A DNA stretch of 63,845 bases, counting the filler, from Lenisia limosa (taxonomy: Eukaryota; Protista; Breviatea), in the NCBI GenBank assembly GCA_001655205.1. It is 19 parts of 19 records of this genome, joined end to end, with 100 filler letters (N's around TTAATTAATTAA, not from the genome) between each part and the next. Parts side by side here need not be neighbours in the genome. Positions count along the whole stretch, not along the records: positions 10,433 to 13,091 come from LPNZ01006337.1; positions 13,192 to 15,144 come from LPNZ01001384.1; positions 15,245 to 17,639 come from LPNZ01002428.1; positions 17,740 to 20,323 come from LPNZ01009243.1; positions 20,424 to 22,177 come from LPNZ01000297.1; positions 22,278 to 25,654 come from LPNZ01011447.1; 13 more parts are not named here. One strand, given 5' to 3'. Positions 10,811 to 23,356 of this stretch are shown here, one piece after another. The notes beneath the pieces are model-generated. The model searched no databases and had not been told where the DNA came from. It saw nothing but the letters and a program-made list of their open reading frames with translations. The first letter of the stretch is position 1; every line of letters starts with the position of its first letter. The position numbers and the translations under genes are program-made.

Positions 10811-13091
10811 GATCAAGTCAGGGAAGCAGGAGAAAAAGCATTCATGTCAGCACTGAAAGCACTTGAGTCTTCTGGCAAAAGCCCTGAACTGCATATTTCG
10901 CACTCTGCTTATGTCAATACCTTCGTCAAGTTGTACCATAGCTTGTTGAAACAGGTGGGGATACCATTGTGTGTGTTTTTTTTTTGGAACAAGTTCTAGG
11001 AAATTACTCTATTTTCCCAAGAAAACCACTGTACAAGTGGGGAAATCCCTACTCAAGTGTTTTCCATTTGAATTCCTCCTCGTTTTTCCTTTTGTTACTC
11101 GGAGTTTTCTGTTGAGGAAAATACTCTTTTGCTTCGTAAACTTGTGTTTTCCGGCCAGAAATCCTCAATAAAAAAGCAAAAAACCACTCCCAGGAAAAAA
11201 AATCGGGTTTATCTTTTTAATACTTCATTTAGAAATGCCCTTGATACTGTTAACTTCTATTTGTTCAATTTTTACATAATCTAAACAAACGAAAGGAAAT
11301 TCTTTAGGATCAAGTCAGGGAAGCAGGAGAAAAAGCATTCATATGAGACTTCGAGGAAATTATGAAACAAAAACAAAACAGTATAAATATTGGCATAAGA
11401 CTGTTGAGTTTTTTTTTTTTGAACAAGAGAAATAATAAACAGTAGAAATCTAGGGAGACAAATAAATTCATAGGGATACCACGGAGGGTAATTATCTAAT
11501 TGTTTATATGTGGGGCCGGGATGGGTGACTGTTTAAAGGATTTGGGCTTGACTTCGGCTCGAAAAATGCAAACAAAACATCGAGAAATTTCGAATCGAGT
11601 AATTCACTTTTTTTCAACCGAAGTGAAGCCCAAGGGGGTGATATGATTGTGTGAAGGGGTGGGGAGTAAGCTGAAAGTTATTTTGTCATTAAAACATTAT
11701 CAACATCATCATCGAAATTTCCTTTCCTTTACCTCCTCATTGTTTTTTTTAAACAAAATCCTTGTGTGTTTCAAGCCAATATTTATACTGTTTTGTTTTT
11801 ATTCCATAATGTCCCCGAAGTCTCATTGAACCTTGCAGGTAGCTACTATGGCCCCCACTGAAGCCGCTGACACCAGTCCCACTCTCCCCCGCGCCCATAA
11901 GGGGGATGCAGCACATGAGTTTGACCCAGCTACAATGGTAGGAGGGTGATGACCCAGCTACAATGGGCTATGCTGGGTTCAGGGCTTCCCTTCGGTCCGA
12001 AAAAGACAGTTATTTATTGATCGAGGGTTTTGTATTGTGTTTTGTCTTGTTTTGTTTTTTTCGTATTTTTCTTGAGAATTTTCCTTCCCTATTTACGCCC
12101 CAGCCCACCACTCCCGTTGACATCCCTGCTCCATCCATATCAAGTGCCCGTCTGCCCCACATCATTACAGCGTCCGCTGTTTTCTGTGCGGTTTGGGCTA
12201 TTGGCGGACCGCTCTCGACTGAGGCAAGGCTTGCTCTGGACTATGGTGAGAGGGGCTGGGGCTAACAACTTGCTTTTTACCAATATGGGGGGAAGTCGTA
12301 TTTGACATCAGCCAGGGGTTTGAAGATAAAGAGTGATAACTGGTCAAGATTTATGCAGAACCAAATTCAGAATCCAGGCCTCCCTGTGAAACTTCACATT
12401 TCTAGGGCTTCGCAAAATGGCAGCTCCACTCCTTAAAGATGGGCTCGAAATTCCGGAGTACCTCACAGTGGGTTTTTTTGGATTGTATAGTAGTGCTATT
12501 TTTTGAAACGAGAGAAATAATATACATAAGAAATCTTGGGTACCATGCTTCCGCGTTATTCAAAGAGGTGTAGTATTATCCAGTTTACTAATAGTTTATA
12601 ACTATTAGTAAAAGAGAGAGAGCGAGTATGAGACCCTTCTACTTAGTAATCTATTTGCATGTTACAAGTAAACCGCTCTCTCTCTCTCTCTCTATTTTAC
12701 TAATAGTTTATATACGACTTACTAACATGCACAAAGATGACTCAATTGAAATGTCTTGTTCTCCTGTTAAGGAGTGTAGTCTTCTAGCATTAAAAACTTG
12801 CTGCATTCTAAGCCTTACAATCTCGCCGTAATCCCATCGGATATCTTAATCCATTTCAACGTTTATACACACGAAACCCCCCACCTAACTGCTAGGGCCT
12901 CGCTTCTTTTCGAAAAAGACCTGTAAAAATATCGATAGTTTTCGAGGATTTATTGAGACATTCAGTCTTTTTTCAAACCGAGGTGAAGTACTTACTGTAT
13001 TCGCGAGCTTAAATCCCCTCGTAATTCCCTCAGATTTTTGACTACTGTCTCAATCCTGTTGCTGGTAAATGGACGCCTTGGTTGCAAACCA
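10811..13091 (+). CDS. Dynein heavy chain, motor-domain fragment (AAA lid region); exons 10811-10954, ~11839-11936, 12104-12245, 12406-12467, 13034-13091
   Basis: ITASAVFCAVWAIGGPLSTEARLALDY|GLRKM...EIPEYLT|IFDYCLNPVAGKWTPW matches the dynein FxxxWSxGG...R..FD and (T)V(F/Y)DY...GxWxxW motifs. Confidence 0.8.
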
Positions 13092-13391
13092 NNNNNNNNN
13101 NNNNNNNNNNNNNNNNNNNNNNNNNNNNNNNNNNNTTAATTAATTAANNNNNNNNNNNNNNNNNNNNNNNNNNNNNNNNNNNNNNNNNNNNTAAGAGATA
13201 TTGGATTATAGTATAATATTAATTCACCCAATCATTGCCTTACAACTCTACACAGCTTTCTGCGTGCCTCCCCAGCATATTATTACACTATAATCAATAT
13301 CTCTTCCCTTGATGATATGGACGACTTCGGCCAGGTATTCCTGTTATTTTTCTCATTTCTAGACATTCTCATTCAGGTAAATCTGCATTTA

Positions 13392-15051
13392 TCATCACAA
13401 TAAGACACAGTTACCCGCAAACAATTCATTGAGATGGTTTCAGGACCTGACCCTTCAGTCTTGTAAGGAGATTGTCAAAAGAGGAAGCCCTTCGAACATC
13501 GACTTTATCAAAGAGTAAAGGGCAGTACAGATACCATTCTTCTCAAATCTCATGGGGGGGGGGACACAAGTGAGGTTGCAGTCAATTGTTTCTCATCTCC
13601 CAGACATATCCTCCTTGCCGAAGCCTCCATTGAAAACAAGCAGTATGGAGTGGCCATGGACGCGGTCGACTCCGTCATCGAGGTGGGTGCCCAACGTGCA
13701 ATGAACGGCGTACATTGTGTTTTTAAGATTCGTTCGACCATAACCTTTTTAACCTCTCCCATTTCCAACAGAGAATGTCACATTTATGCTTACGGGGAAC
13801 TATGCCTTTAATATTGCCCTTTAACTGTTCAGTTGGTACCTGTTATCGATATCCTGCTCTTTGCCTTCTTTCTACGAGCAGAAGCTGGCAGAATGAAACT
13901 AGGTTTGGCTCATTTTGTGCTTTGTTTTAAAGGTTACAAAATTGTTATATCCATTTCGGAAGTTGTGGACAGCTTTGGCCAGATACGATCTTTGATCATT
14001 TCTTCTTTCTGCAAACCCTCATGTGTTCCAATGTTGTTGTTTTTTTGCGTTTATTTCTTACTTTCCATTTTTCTTCTCTCCAGAGTCATTTGTTCAAGAC
14101 GAAAAGTGCAAATCTCAAGTTCTACAAGACTACTCTCGAACAATCGCTGGGTGTCCGTAAGCGGATTATTCCCTCCTTTGAAATGCCGGACTGCCTTTGC
14201 TTGCTTCATACATTGTGTTACCAATTCAAGTGTTCTGTGTTTTGTTTTTTCTTAACCCGTCCTTATGCCTTAGAAACGCGTGGGCCGCATGTCTGGGCAA
14301 AGCTAAGCTGCTGAACCGACTTCATAGAGAAAAAGAGGCAATGACTCTGATGGAGAAAGCTGATCTCATGCTCAAATCCGCAGTTGGCTCACTAATAACA
14401 AACGGAACAAACCAGGATTTCTTTTGAATAGCGGGCTCTATTGGTGTAACGATTGTTTAGCAGCCCGCACGGCCAGCCTCGGCCACTAGACGCCCGTCTT
14501 CCCAACCCTGTATGTGCTAATGTGTTCTCATGTTTTCCAACACAAACATTTCTGATTTGAGATATAATTAGGGCTTCCCTGAAAAAGACCGTCAAAATAT
14601 TCATAATTTTCGAGGATTTAACGAGAAATTCAGTCTTTTTTCGGACCGTAGGGAAGCCCTGGGTAGAACCAATTCAATACTGTCCCCCTTTCCTGTTTCA
14701 CTTTGAAGCGGACAACAGCTGCCTTATTGGTACATCCTACGCGTCCAAGCTGTTTGTCCCCAAAATCCCATCGGTACGCCATAATAATGGCAGGGTAGTG
14801 GTGTCCTTGTCTGACTCGCAGGTTCTCTCCAAGGCTCGCGCGGCTGTGCACGATGAGTTTCATAAGATCCAGGCTGAGCTGAGTGTTTCTGGTTGGTTGG
14901 ACTGTGCGGGTTTCAGTGCCTCAAACCTATGGATTTTGTAATTGAAATTGACACACGGCAAACTCTTTCCCAGCATGCTGACCCAATAGCATTTGCCGCT
15001 GGTCGTGATCAAATTGTTTTCAGTGCCCTTGGCAAACAGGCTCCAAACACG
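13392..15051 (+). CDS. TPR-like helical repeat protein, partial, several exons
   Basis: In-phase exons HILLAEASIENKQYGVAMDAVDSVIE|LVPVIDILLFAFFLRAEAGRMKL|ESFVQ...IAGCP|NAWAACLGKAKLLNRLHREKEAMTLMEKA show TPR-like A/G/L periodicity. Confidence 0.5.
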
Positions 15052-15498
15052 GTGGGGGGGTCCTTCTTAGCCGTTTAGGTGTTCATCTTTTTGGTGTCAT
15101 AGTGAACCGCTGACTATGGTCTTCTATATTGATTCTTTCCACTTNNNNNNNNNNNNNNNNNNNNNNNNNNNNNNNNNNNNNNNNNNNNTTAATTAATTAA
15201 NNNNNNNNNNNNNNNNNNNNNNNNNNNNNNNNNNNNNNNNNNNNCCCCCCCCCCCCCCCAATCCTAATGGGTTGAAATAGTGTGTTGTTGTTAGACACAG
15301 AGTTAATGTTGTTTTTGTTTCATAAATCTTCGATTCTTACATAATGTATATTAGCGACTCCCCACATCTAAAGGGATATTAGTAGCATTACGCAAATATT
15401 ATTCATAGAAATTTCCTTCGTTTTACCAATAGCTAACAGAGTTGATTTCGGCTTTTTTGTTTCAAAAAATTTCCAATTCAACACCCCACTCTCCCCAC

Positions 15499-16658
15499 CT
15501 CTAAATGGACTCTGACGGAGTAATTGCCAAACTGCCGCGGCCGTTTTAGTCCGGACTGGAAGACTGATACGGGGGGGTCGGAAGTCGGGCCGGAAAGGTC
15601 GCATAGACGCACTGTATTCGTCAGAGGTATACACATTAATCATACACCGATGAATTCAATTATTTCCTCGGGTGAATTGAAGCCACGAACATAAACAAGT
15701 TCTTTATTCCCACAAACCTTGATCAAGCTCGTTGATGTTGGCCTTTAAAAGTCAGAAATATGGCAACACAACATTGAAGTATAAATCCTGGCAACTCACA
15801 CCCGAAAGTCTTAAAACAGCAAATAATAGGCCATACCAAGGAGTGTGCCCTACCTCTAAATCTTGAAAGTAGCCCACCGCTCGAGTTTGAATCTCAAGTG
15901 TCTGTAGGATAAGTGTAAGCTGCATGTTTATTGGGAATGAATAAGTAAGGGCTGAAGGAATAAGAAGTGTTGACTATGGTGTATGATAAGTGTTGACTAT
16001 GGTGTACAGTAAAGAACTGTAACCGGTTTCCCCATGTTCTGAAAAAGACTGGTAAAATGTCGAAGTTTAATAGAGTACGATCCACACTATTCTGGGACAA
16101 AAGCCCAAGCCATTACCATTCCACCTGTATTTATAATAGTAATAGAGCACCGCCCTCGGGAGTTTAATTGGCTTTTATGACACTATTAATATAGACAAAG
16201 AGAACACTCTAATTTAAACGCCATTGCCCATAATTATCCATAATATAAATTGGTATAGCACTTAACACATACTGCCGTTTCATTTCGTCCCACCTCATGT
16301 TGCAAAGCCGCGGGTGTGCCCACCATGTGAAACTCGGTTCGGCTTGATGGAACTCTGTGGTGTCATGAATAGCACAAAAAATGGTATACATGGCAGTAAC
16401 TAATCATTTATGTCATTGATGAATGGAATTGGAATGATGATGATGAAGATGGGGTTGGCGGTGTGTTCCGATATAACGGTCTGTATTCTTGGAGAGAAGA
16501 AAAAGGCTCGATGGTGAGAAAAATTGACAGTCACATGGGAAAATCAAATCAAACCATTTTATATACTATAAGCCAAAAGTGGTGTAAGAAGAACAATTTT
16601 ACCTGAGAGATATGGTCAGGGTGATGAAAGCGGCAAGGAACAACACGGGAATGATCAT
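15499..16658 (-). CDS. Putative secreted protein of unknown function, 5' part
   Basis: ATG at 16658 gives MIIPVLFLAAFITLTISL (signal-peptide-like) followed by a GTAAAA donor. Downstream candidate exons: TLEIQTRAVGYFQDLE, VCGNKELVYVRGFNSPEEIIEFI, RLCDLSGPTSDPPVSVFQ. Exon chaining is uncertain. Confidence 0.35.
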
Positions 16659-17085
16659 GTTAGCTTGAGGTCTCGCAACGGCTCAACTAAAAACTGCTCT
16701 CTTATACTTTAATTCCTGTTATTTAATTAATTTCTAATTAATTAACAGTAAGGACTGGTAGCGGCATTGGGGATTCGGTTCGGAGCAAATCCCAAATATT
16801 TCTGATGGGTGAACTAAAGTTATGGTTGGTGCTCTTCCTTCTTCTTCAGACAGATCCCGAGAAAAGAATGCCAAAACAAGAACAAGAGTGCAAGAGAATC
16901 AAAAGGACGTTGGAGTGATTGCTTTTGATTATTTTCAAAATGCCTTGTTCACAACAAAAAATAGAAGAACACATGTTGGCGTTCTTAATGCTATAGTTCT
17001 TTTATTTTATTAGAGGTCTATAAAAACGCAAGGCCCAACCACATAACGCACAAGAGCCGGCTGGCCCTGGCCATCTGAGGTGATC

Positions 17086-17283
17086 ATGGCCCAGTTCGAC
17101 GCTCGACACAGGTTTATAATCACCAAGCTAGCGGAGTCGTTTGTGATAGAGAACACGGCGGTGATTGAAGAGTATGTTTCTCGAGTTCATGTCGCCTCTC
17201 GCGTCCAGGAGTTCTTTGATGGCGCCCTGCCGAGCTTGTTCTTCTATTTTCAGACCTATGAGAGCGATGATAGCGAGCCTCCG
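17086..17283 (+). CDS. First exon of an axonemal outer-arm dynein heavy chain (DNAH5/8, gamma-like)
   Basis: MAQFDARHRFIITKLAESFVIENTAVIEEYV...RVQEFFDGALPSLFFYFQ resembles the DGRHxYL...FF...LxFYYQ N-terminus of DNAH5-type chains; ends at CCG|GTTAGT. Confidence 0.7.
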
Positions 17284-17740
17284 GTTAGTTTGGGCTTTCC
17301 TTTCTTGTTTTGCCTTCCTCCTTTGATCCCGCTATTGTTTTTTCTCTCCAGCTTTCCACCTTAGTTTTGTCTTAATTTTTGATTATTTTGGTGTTTTTGA
17401 GATAGGCTCATCACTATTTGTACGTTTTTTCCATTTACTCCTACTTCTCCCGAAAAGTACCTTTTCCCGCTATCCTTTTCCACTGTGTTCAAGTAAAACC
17501 TCTATAATTATTGAAATTTTTTAAAATCCTCGAGAAATAATCACCCATTGTAAAACCTAAATACGTGTTTACCCATTCTTTTTTTTTGACAATGGCAAAA
17601 GTCCTAGATTACACCCCTTCATGTTTTCTTGGTGATATANNNNNNNNNNNNNNNNNNNNNNNNNNNNNNNNNNNNNNNNNNNNTTAATTAATTAANNNNN
17701 NNNNNNNNNNNNNNNNNNNNNNNNNNNNNNNNNNNNNNNG

Positions 17741-17830
17741 CCTTCAATGTGACTGCTTATGATGTGGGTTGGCCTTCAATGTGACTGCTTATGATGTGGA
17801 TTGGCCTTCAATGTGACTGCTTATGATGTG
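17741..17830. repeat. Tandem repeat CCTTCAATGTGACTGCTTATGATGTGGRTTGG x3
   Basis: Three near-identical units at the contig start. Confidence 0.9.
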
Positions 17831-18336
17831 GGGTGTGTGCGGGCTTCACTTTGGTTCAAAAAAGCCCTGTAAAATATCGGTAGTTTTCGAGGGTTTATCA
17901 AGAAATTCAGTCTTTTTTCGAACCGAAGTGATGCCCAACTGATGATATGTGTGTNNNNNNNNNNNNNNNNNNNNNNNNNNNNNNNNNNNNNNNNNNNNNN
18001 NNNNNNNNNNNNNNNNNNNNNNNNNNNNNNNNNNNNNNNNNNNNNNNNNNNNNNNNNNNNNNNNNNNNNNNNNNNGCAACCCTACCAGGAAGGTCATGCT
18101 GTACAAAGACCAAATCGGAGAGGAGAAGTATGGGGGTAGTATAAGGATTAGAATAGAAGTCTGGGGAGGGGTGCCAATGAAATGATATGCTCTAACATCT
18201 CTCACCCATCATCTTTAACTTTTACCGCACTTCGCTTTATATAGAAATGAAATACTAATAAGATCCAGGAGGAAGTAAGATATATTGATTACTTATTAAT
18301 GGTATAGCCCCCCTGAACCCTTAATAAAACCCCCCA

Positions 18337-19896
18337 GAACGCTGGTCATCACAGATGGCCGTCTGACCATGGTGTCTGCTCAAGCAGTGGGGGGGTGGTA
18401 ATTCTGGTGAATGTACATATACATACATGTACAACTGGCAATAGTGTTGGTTTGGGGTTTTTTTTGGTGAAAGGAGACAAGAATTGATTTTTCATTCATT
18501 CCCCCCGAAGGTCAGCTGCAAGTTCTTTGCTCTCCACAATCTCTGGAGTGAGACCCTCATTGACCTCTTCCAATTCGACGTGTCTTGCTCGGCTTCGCCA
18601 TGTGAGNNNNNNNNNNNNNNNNNNNNNNNNNNNNNNNNNNNNNNNNNNNNNNNNNNNNNNNNNNNNNNNNNNNNNNNNNNNNNNNNNNNNNNNNNNNNNN
18701 NNNNNNNNNNNNNATGTGGGCAATGTGATTGTGTATGAAGATAGTTCAGCTTCATTTTGGAGAGTAACCATTGGAGTATATCTTTGCTAACTCTGTTAAG
18801 CTGAGGGGACCGTCACCTTAACTTTCCCCGTTTTCGACCCTGAAACTGAGGGCTGCGTATTTTGCACCAAATCCAATGAATGGCGCGGCTTCCTTGGACT
18901 TTCGTGGACAGCTTCTCACGGCACAATCCATGAGTTTCCAGAGTTGTCTCAGTATGCTGCTATACCGACATAATCAAATGTCCCTTCAGGCATTCTCCCA
19001 AGACTTATCTATGCTACATTACCACGTATCATATTGTATTATATTTGGTGCTAAACACTGTGATCGAATTGCCCTCCCAACACCTCCAATCCTAAACCTT
19101 GATTGTGCCCTCAACCTAACCATTTAGTGACGAAATTGCTGTTTTGGACTTCCCAGCCACGCCACCCTCCAATATTGCGCTAATTCCGTCCCGCATCATC
19201 CCGTCGGGTGAAGCGCAAATGGTGAGTAACTATGATGTCATGTAGCTAATATTTGAAGGTGTCGCTCCAGGCTGATAATCTCTTCGAAAACCCCTACTTC
19301 CTGAAGCTCACTCCCGACCCGGGCTACTACATCTCCTGCACTGTAGGGGGGGGGGGGGGCNNNNNNNNNNNNNNNNNNNNNNNNNNNNNNNNNNNNNNNN
19401 NNNNNNNNNNNNNNNNNNNNNNNNNNNNNNNNNNNNNNNNNNNNNNNNNNNNNNNNNNNNNNNNNNNNNNNNNNNNNNNNNNNNNNNNNNNNNNNNNNNN
19501 NNNNNNNNNNNNNNNNNNNNNNNNNNNNNNNNNNNNNNNNNNNNNNNNNNNNNAAATTTACCATGTTATTGGATTTGAATAGTATTTCACTGTTTCAAGC
19601 TTTTATAACTGTCAGGACACATCGCAGTCAAAGTATACTTACAAATTAGAATGCATATCACCTTTAATAACTTTATTAATTAGAACGTACATAATGTATA
19701 AATACCTTCGTGTTTTGCGCCGGACCCCTATGGTCCTACTGCAAAATAATCTCACCATACACATCCCTTCAGGTTGCAAAACAATCTCACCAATTAGAAC
19801 GTATATACCGTTCATCTCACCTCGGACTTTGCCACGTCGGTCATGGTGTCGGACAACCTTGAGGTCCTTTCCAATGACTATGTCAAGCCCCAAGTG
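18337..19896 (+). CDS. Unknown extracellular-type protein, partial, about 7 exons
   Basis: Chain of GT-AG bounded open exons (TLVITDGRLTMVSAQA; VSCKFFALHNLWSETLIDLFQFDVSC; DEIAVLDFPATPPSNIALIP; ADNLFENPYFLKLTPDPGYYISCT; NVYTVHLTSDFATSVMVSDNLEVL). No family recognised. Confidence 0.5.
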
Positions 19897-20529
19897 GTAT
19901 GGAACTCACTCATAACGAGACTATAAACAATTAATACTGTATATAGCACCGGATTATCATCACCATTTTCACCAATACTAAGCTTTACTGTTGGTTTCGG
20001 TCACAGATCCGAAATTTGACAAGATTGGAGATAGAGTTCATTGAATTTATCACTTGGGCTTAGGATCATAATTCCGGCCTTATTACAAAAGCAGTTGTTT
20101 ATCTGACCTTTCAGACCAATCCTGACACTCTAAACGTTAATTTGACCTGGGCTGACCTCCCACCTCTTCAAATAAACCTGTTTAAAGGCTCATGTTGGTG
20201 GGGTAATAATGAGCGGATGAGGAGATCTGTCTGAACCAATATTGGTATAAGTGGCCAAATAAAACCCGGGTATCCCGGATGGTGGCTTTTTTCCAGTGCG
20301 ACAGAAGCGACTGGCCTGGGCTTNNNNNNNNNNNNNNNNNNNNNNNNNNNNNNNNNNNNNNNNNNNNTTAATTAATTAANNNNNNNNNNNNNNNNNNNNN
20401 NNNNNNNNNNNNNNNNNNNNNNNCCTTTTGAGGATTAATCGAGAAATTCGGACTTTTTGAACTGAAGTGAAGTCCTTAACCCACCAAAGCAAAGCGTCTT
20501 AAATGGTCCATGGAATGGCTCGACCTCGG

Positions 20530-20636
20530 TATGAGGGGGGTACTGAAGAGACGGGCTAGTCACGGGCTTGAGAAGGTCAAGGCCGGTAGAGGCCGAAAAT
20601 GGGATCTGAAGTTCCGGCGGCAGGGCTTCGTCCTGA
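20530..20636 (-). CDS. Isolated candidate exon, unknown protein
   Basis: Open frame DEALPPELQIPFSASTGLDLLKPVTSPSLQYPLIP between a CAG acceptor and a GTCGAG donor, GC-rich against an AT-rich background. Confidence 0.3.
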
Positions 20637-23356
20637 ATTGTGAGGTTGTATTTGCCAAAGGTTATTGGATTTAAGGATATGATGCTTTTGTATCAGTTTG
20701 GGAAGTGGTAATATTGTATTTGTTAAGGAAATGATGATATTGGATTGATATGGGATATATCAAGGAAAATATAAAAATAACCCAAAAAGTGACATGCTAA
20801 TCAAAGGTTTATCTTGAATTAATCTGATTTTGGATTGACCAAGGAATGACGAAAATCTCCTCCAATACTATTTTTTCTCAAGTGTTACTATTGTATGTAT
20901 TGATCCTGAAATCCTTATCATCGTGTACAACTTATTGTGTAATTCGAATGCATATCTCTAGAACTCAAAGAAGCCCTAAGAATTTATATAGTATCAAATA
21001 TTATATGATATCTGGGGCTCTCTGATTCAGAAAATGACTAAATTACTCGATAAATCATCGATATAATTCGATAGTCGTAGCAAGAGTGAACCCTCTGTAC
21101 ACAGCTTTCTGCCTGCTTCCCCAGCGTTATATATCATTGATATCATACAAACGATTGAAATAAGAAGGGAAATAAACAATATATCAAACAATTTGTCATG
21201 AGCAGGAGGAAGTCGTCCACAAGCTTACTACGTGCCTCCTATATATATATCGATAGAGAAATATTTATATATGATATATAATATAGTATATAATATAATA
21301 ACAGTATAACAAGAAGAATAAGTACTTCAAAACACTCTCAATAACCCAAGACATTTTCCATTTAAACATTTATCACCAAAACAGTTCTTTTCCCTGCTAC
21401 TACCAAACCAGAAGATCAGGAGAGAGCAAAAAACAGATTGAAGAGACAGGATACGGATCATGTCCGTCGAACAAACAGCAACTTTTCCCGTTCCTCGTTA
21501 AATCCTCAGGATATTAGCCCACCTCTTCACTCAGCGGGACCTGGTAGCATGAAGGTGACATACCCTCGGAGGAGTAGCCTCGATAAGAAGATGAGTCTGT
21601 TAAGAGTTAGCCAACATCACCTCCGGCAATAACAAACCTAGACGAGTCATCTTTGTTCTTAAATGGTCAAATTGAGCCTAAAGCGAGAGTCTGCGGTGTG
21701 TTCATGCTCCGGGAAAAACGTCACGCTAGTAAAATACAGTTTTTGCAGCTTCTGCGCTTCTCTATTATGATATGTTTGAAATATATGATATATAGCTGGA
21801 TAAGTGTCAAATTTAAGGCCTTTTTGCTTTTTCAAAATTTTAAAATTTCCCAGTAGCAGATTGGTAGCAGGATACCCCTTGTTTCAATAATTGATATAGG
21901 GGGTTTACCAGCATATTTTTCTTGGGCACAAGAAAAATGGCACCACTGCAAGGGTCCGGCGAACGGGGAAAATCCTTTTTTTTCCTCTTATTTTGCCAAA
22001 CCCTGGGGGTACGAGATCTCAAAATTTCTTGAACTCCAACTTTCTTTTTGCATTTTTGCATTTTTGCGAAAATAAACATGTTTGTACTGTGAGCTGTGGT
22101 ATATTATTGTTGTATTTATTCTGTTTTGTTAAGTAAAGAGTCAACTTTTACCCCCCCTCCCGCTGTAAAGTGACTTCNNNNNNNNNNNNNNNNNNNNNNN
22201 NNNNNNNNNNNNNNNNNNNNNTTAATTAATTAANNNNNNNNNNNNNNNNNNNNNNNNNNNNNNNNNNNNNNNNNNNNTCTCATGATGAAAGAGGTGTGAC
22301 TTTTGGAGAGGGTTTTATGTAGGACTTCACTTCGGTTCGAAAAAATACTGTAAAAATATCGATAATTTTCGAGGATTTTTCGAGAAATTCAGTCTTTTTT
22401 TCGAACCGAAGTGAAGCCCTAGTTATATGTTAAGTCTATGTGTGTAGACCCAAATCTAACCCACCTACAGAGTTGATATTATTTTCGATATAGCTAGAGA
22501 TTTTTATTATTATTATTATTGTTTTATTCCACTGGTTTTTGAGGTTTTGCAACTGATAAGTTGTAAACATGTTGTGTGTCGTGTATGAAAGTTTAAGAGA
22601 TGGATTATTTTATTTCTCTGTTGAAACCTATCACTTCCTTTTTCTTCGACTATGATAGTGTAAGGATATTGAGATCGGTATATTGAAAGCCAGGATTGCA
22701 GTGTCAGGAGGACAACCATGTTGGACGATTGTGTATAGGGTTAAAACCCATAACACCTACCCTTCATGGAGCCTTATTGTGTATTGATTGAAGAAACATA
22801 TTTAGAGCCTAGTTTAGGGGAATAACCTGGGATGAGGAGGGTGGGCTCAAAAATATTTCAAAAGAGGAATTGTTATTCANNNNNNNNNNAAATGAACTGA
22901 AATAGGTCTCTTAACATATTTACGATATTACAATTGTGCGATTATGTAATCTGTTGTTGCTATCATAGTTTACATCCCTCTTACCTGAAATAAAACTATC
23001 ATTAAACACACTGCTGCATTTAAGACTNNNNNNNNNNNNNNNNNNNNNNNNNNNNNNNNNNNNNNNNNNNNNNNNNNNNNNNNNNNNNNNNNNNNNNNNN
23101 NNNNNNNNNNNNNNNNNNNNNNNNNNNNNNNNNNNNNNNNNNNNNNNNNNNNNNNNNNNNNNNNNNNNNNNNNNNNNNNNNNNNNNNNNNNNNNNNNNNN
23201 NNNNNNNNNNNNNNNNNNNNNNNNNNNNNNNNNNNNNNNNNNNNNNNNNNNNNNNNNNCGACTGAAGAGGTGGGGGGGTCCTTTATAAATATCAAATTTC
23301 TTTAGTACTGAAGTGAAGTCCTAATTATCTCTTTCGCCACCGTCCTCATTTTGTAG

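Noticed and set aside
12403-12412. TAGGGCTTC at a dynein acceptor matching the hAT TIR start
   Set aside because: The match stops after 9 nt and the sequence continues as coding exon; probably coincidence.
10811-17283. Apparent dynein gene cluster, or one gene spanning a TPR gene
   Set aside because: The fragments lie on different contigs, with the N-terminus downstream of the motor fragment; adjacency across linkers carries no information.
21470-21650. Possible tiny spliced ORF on the minus strand (MTRLDSSSYRGYSSEG...)
   Set aside because: Several incompatible splice readings and no recognisable motif; not supportable.
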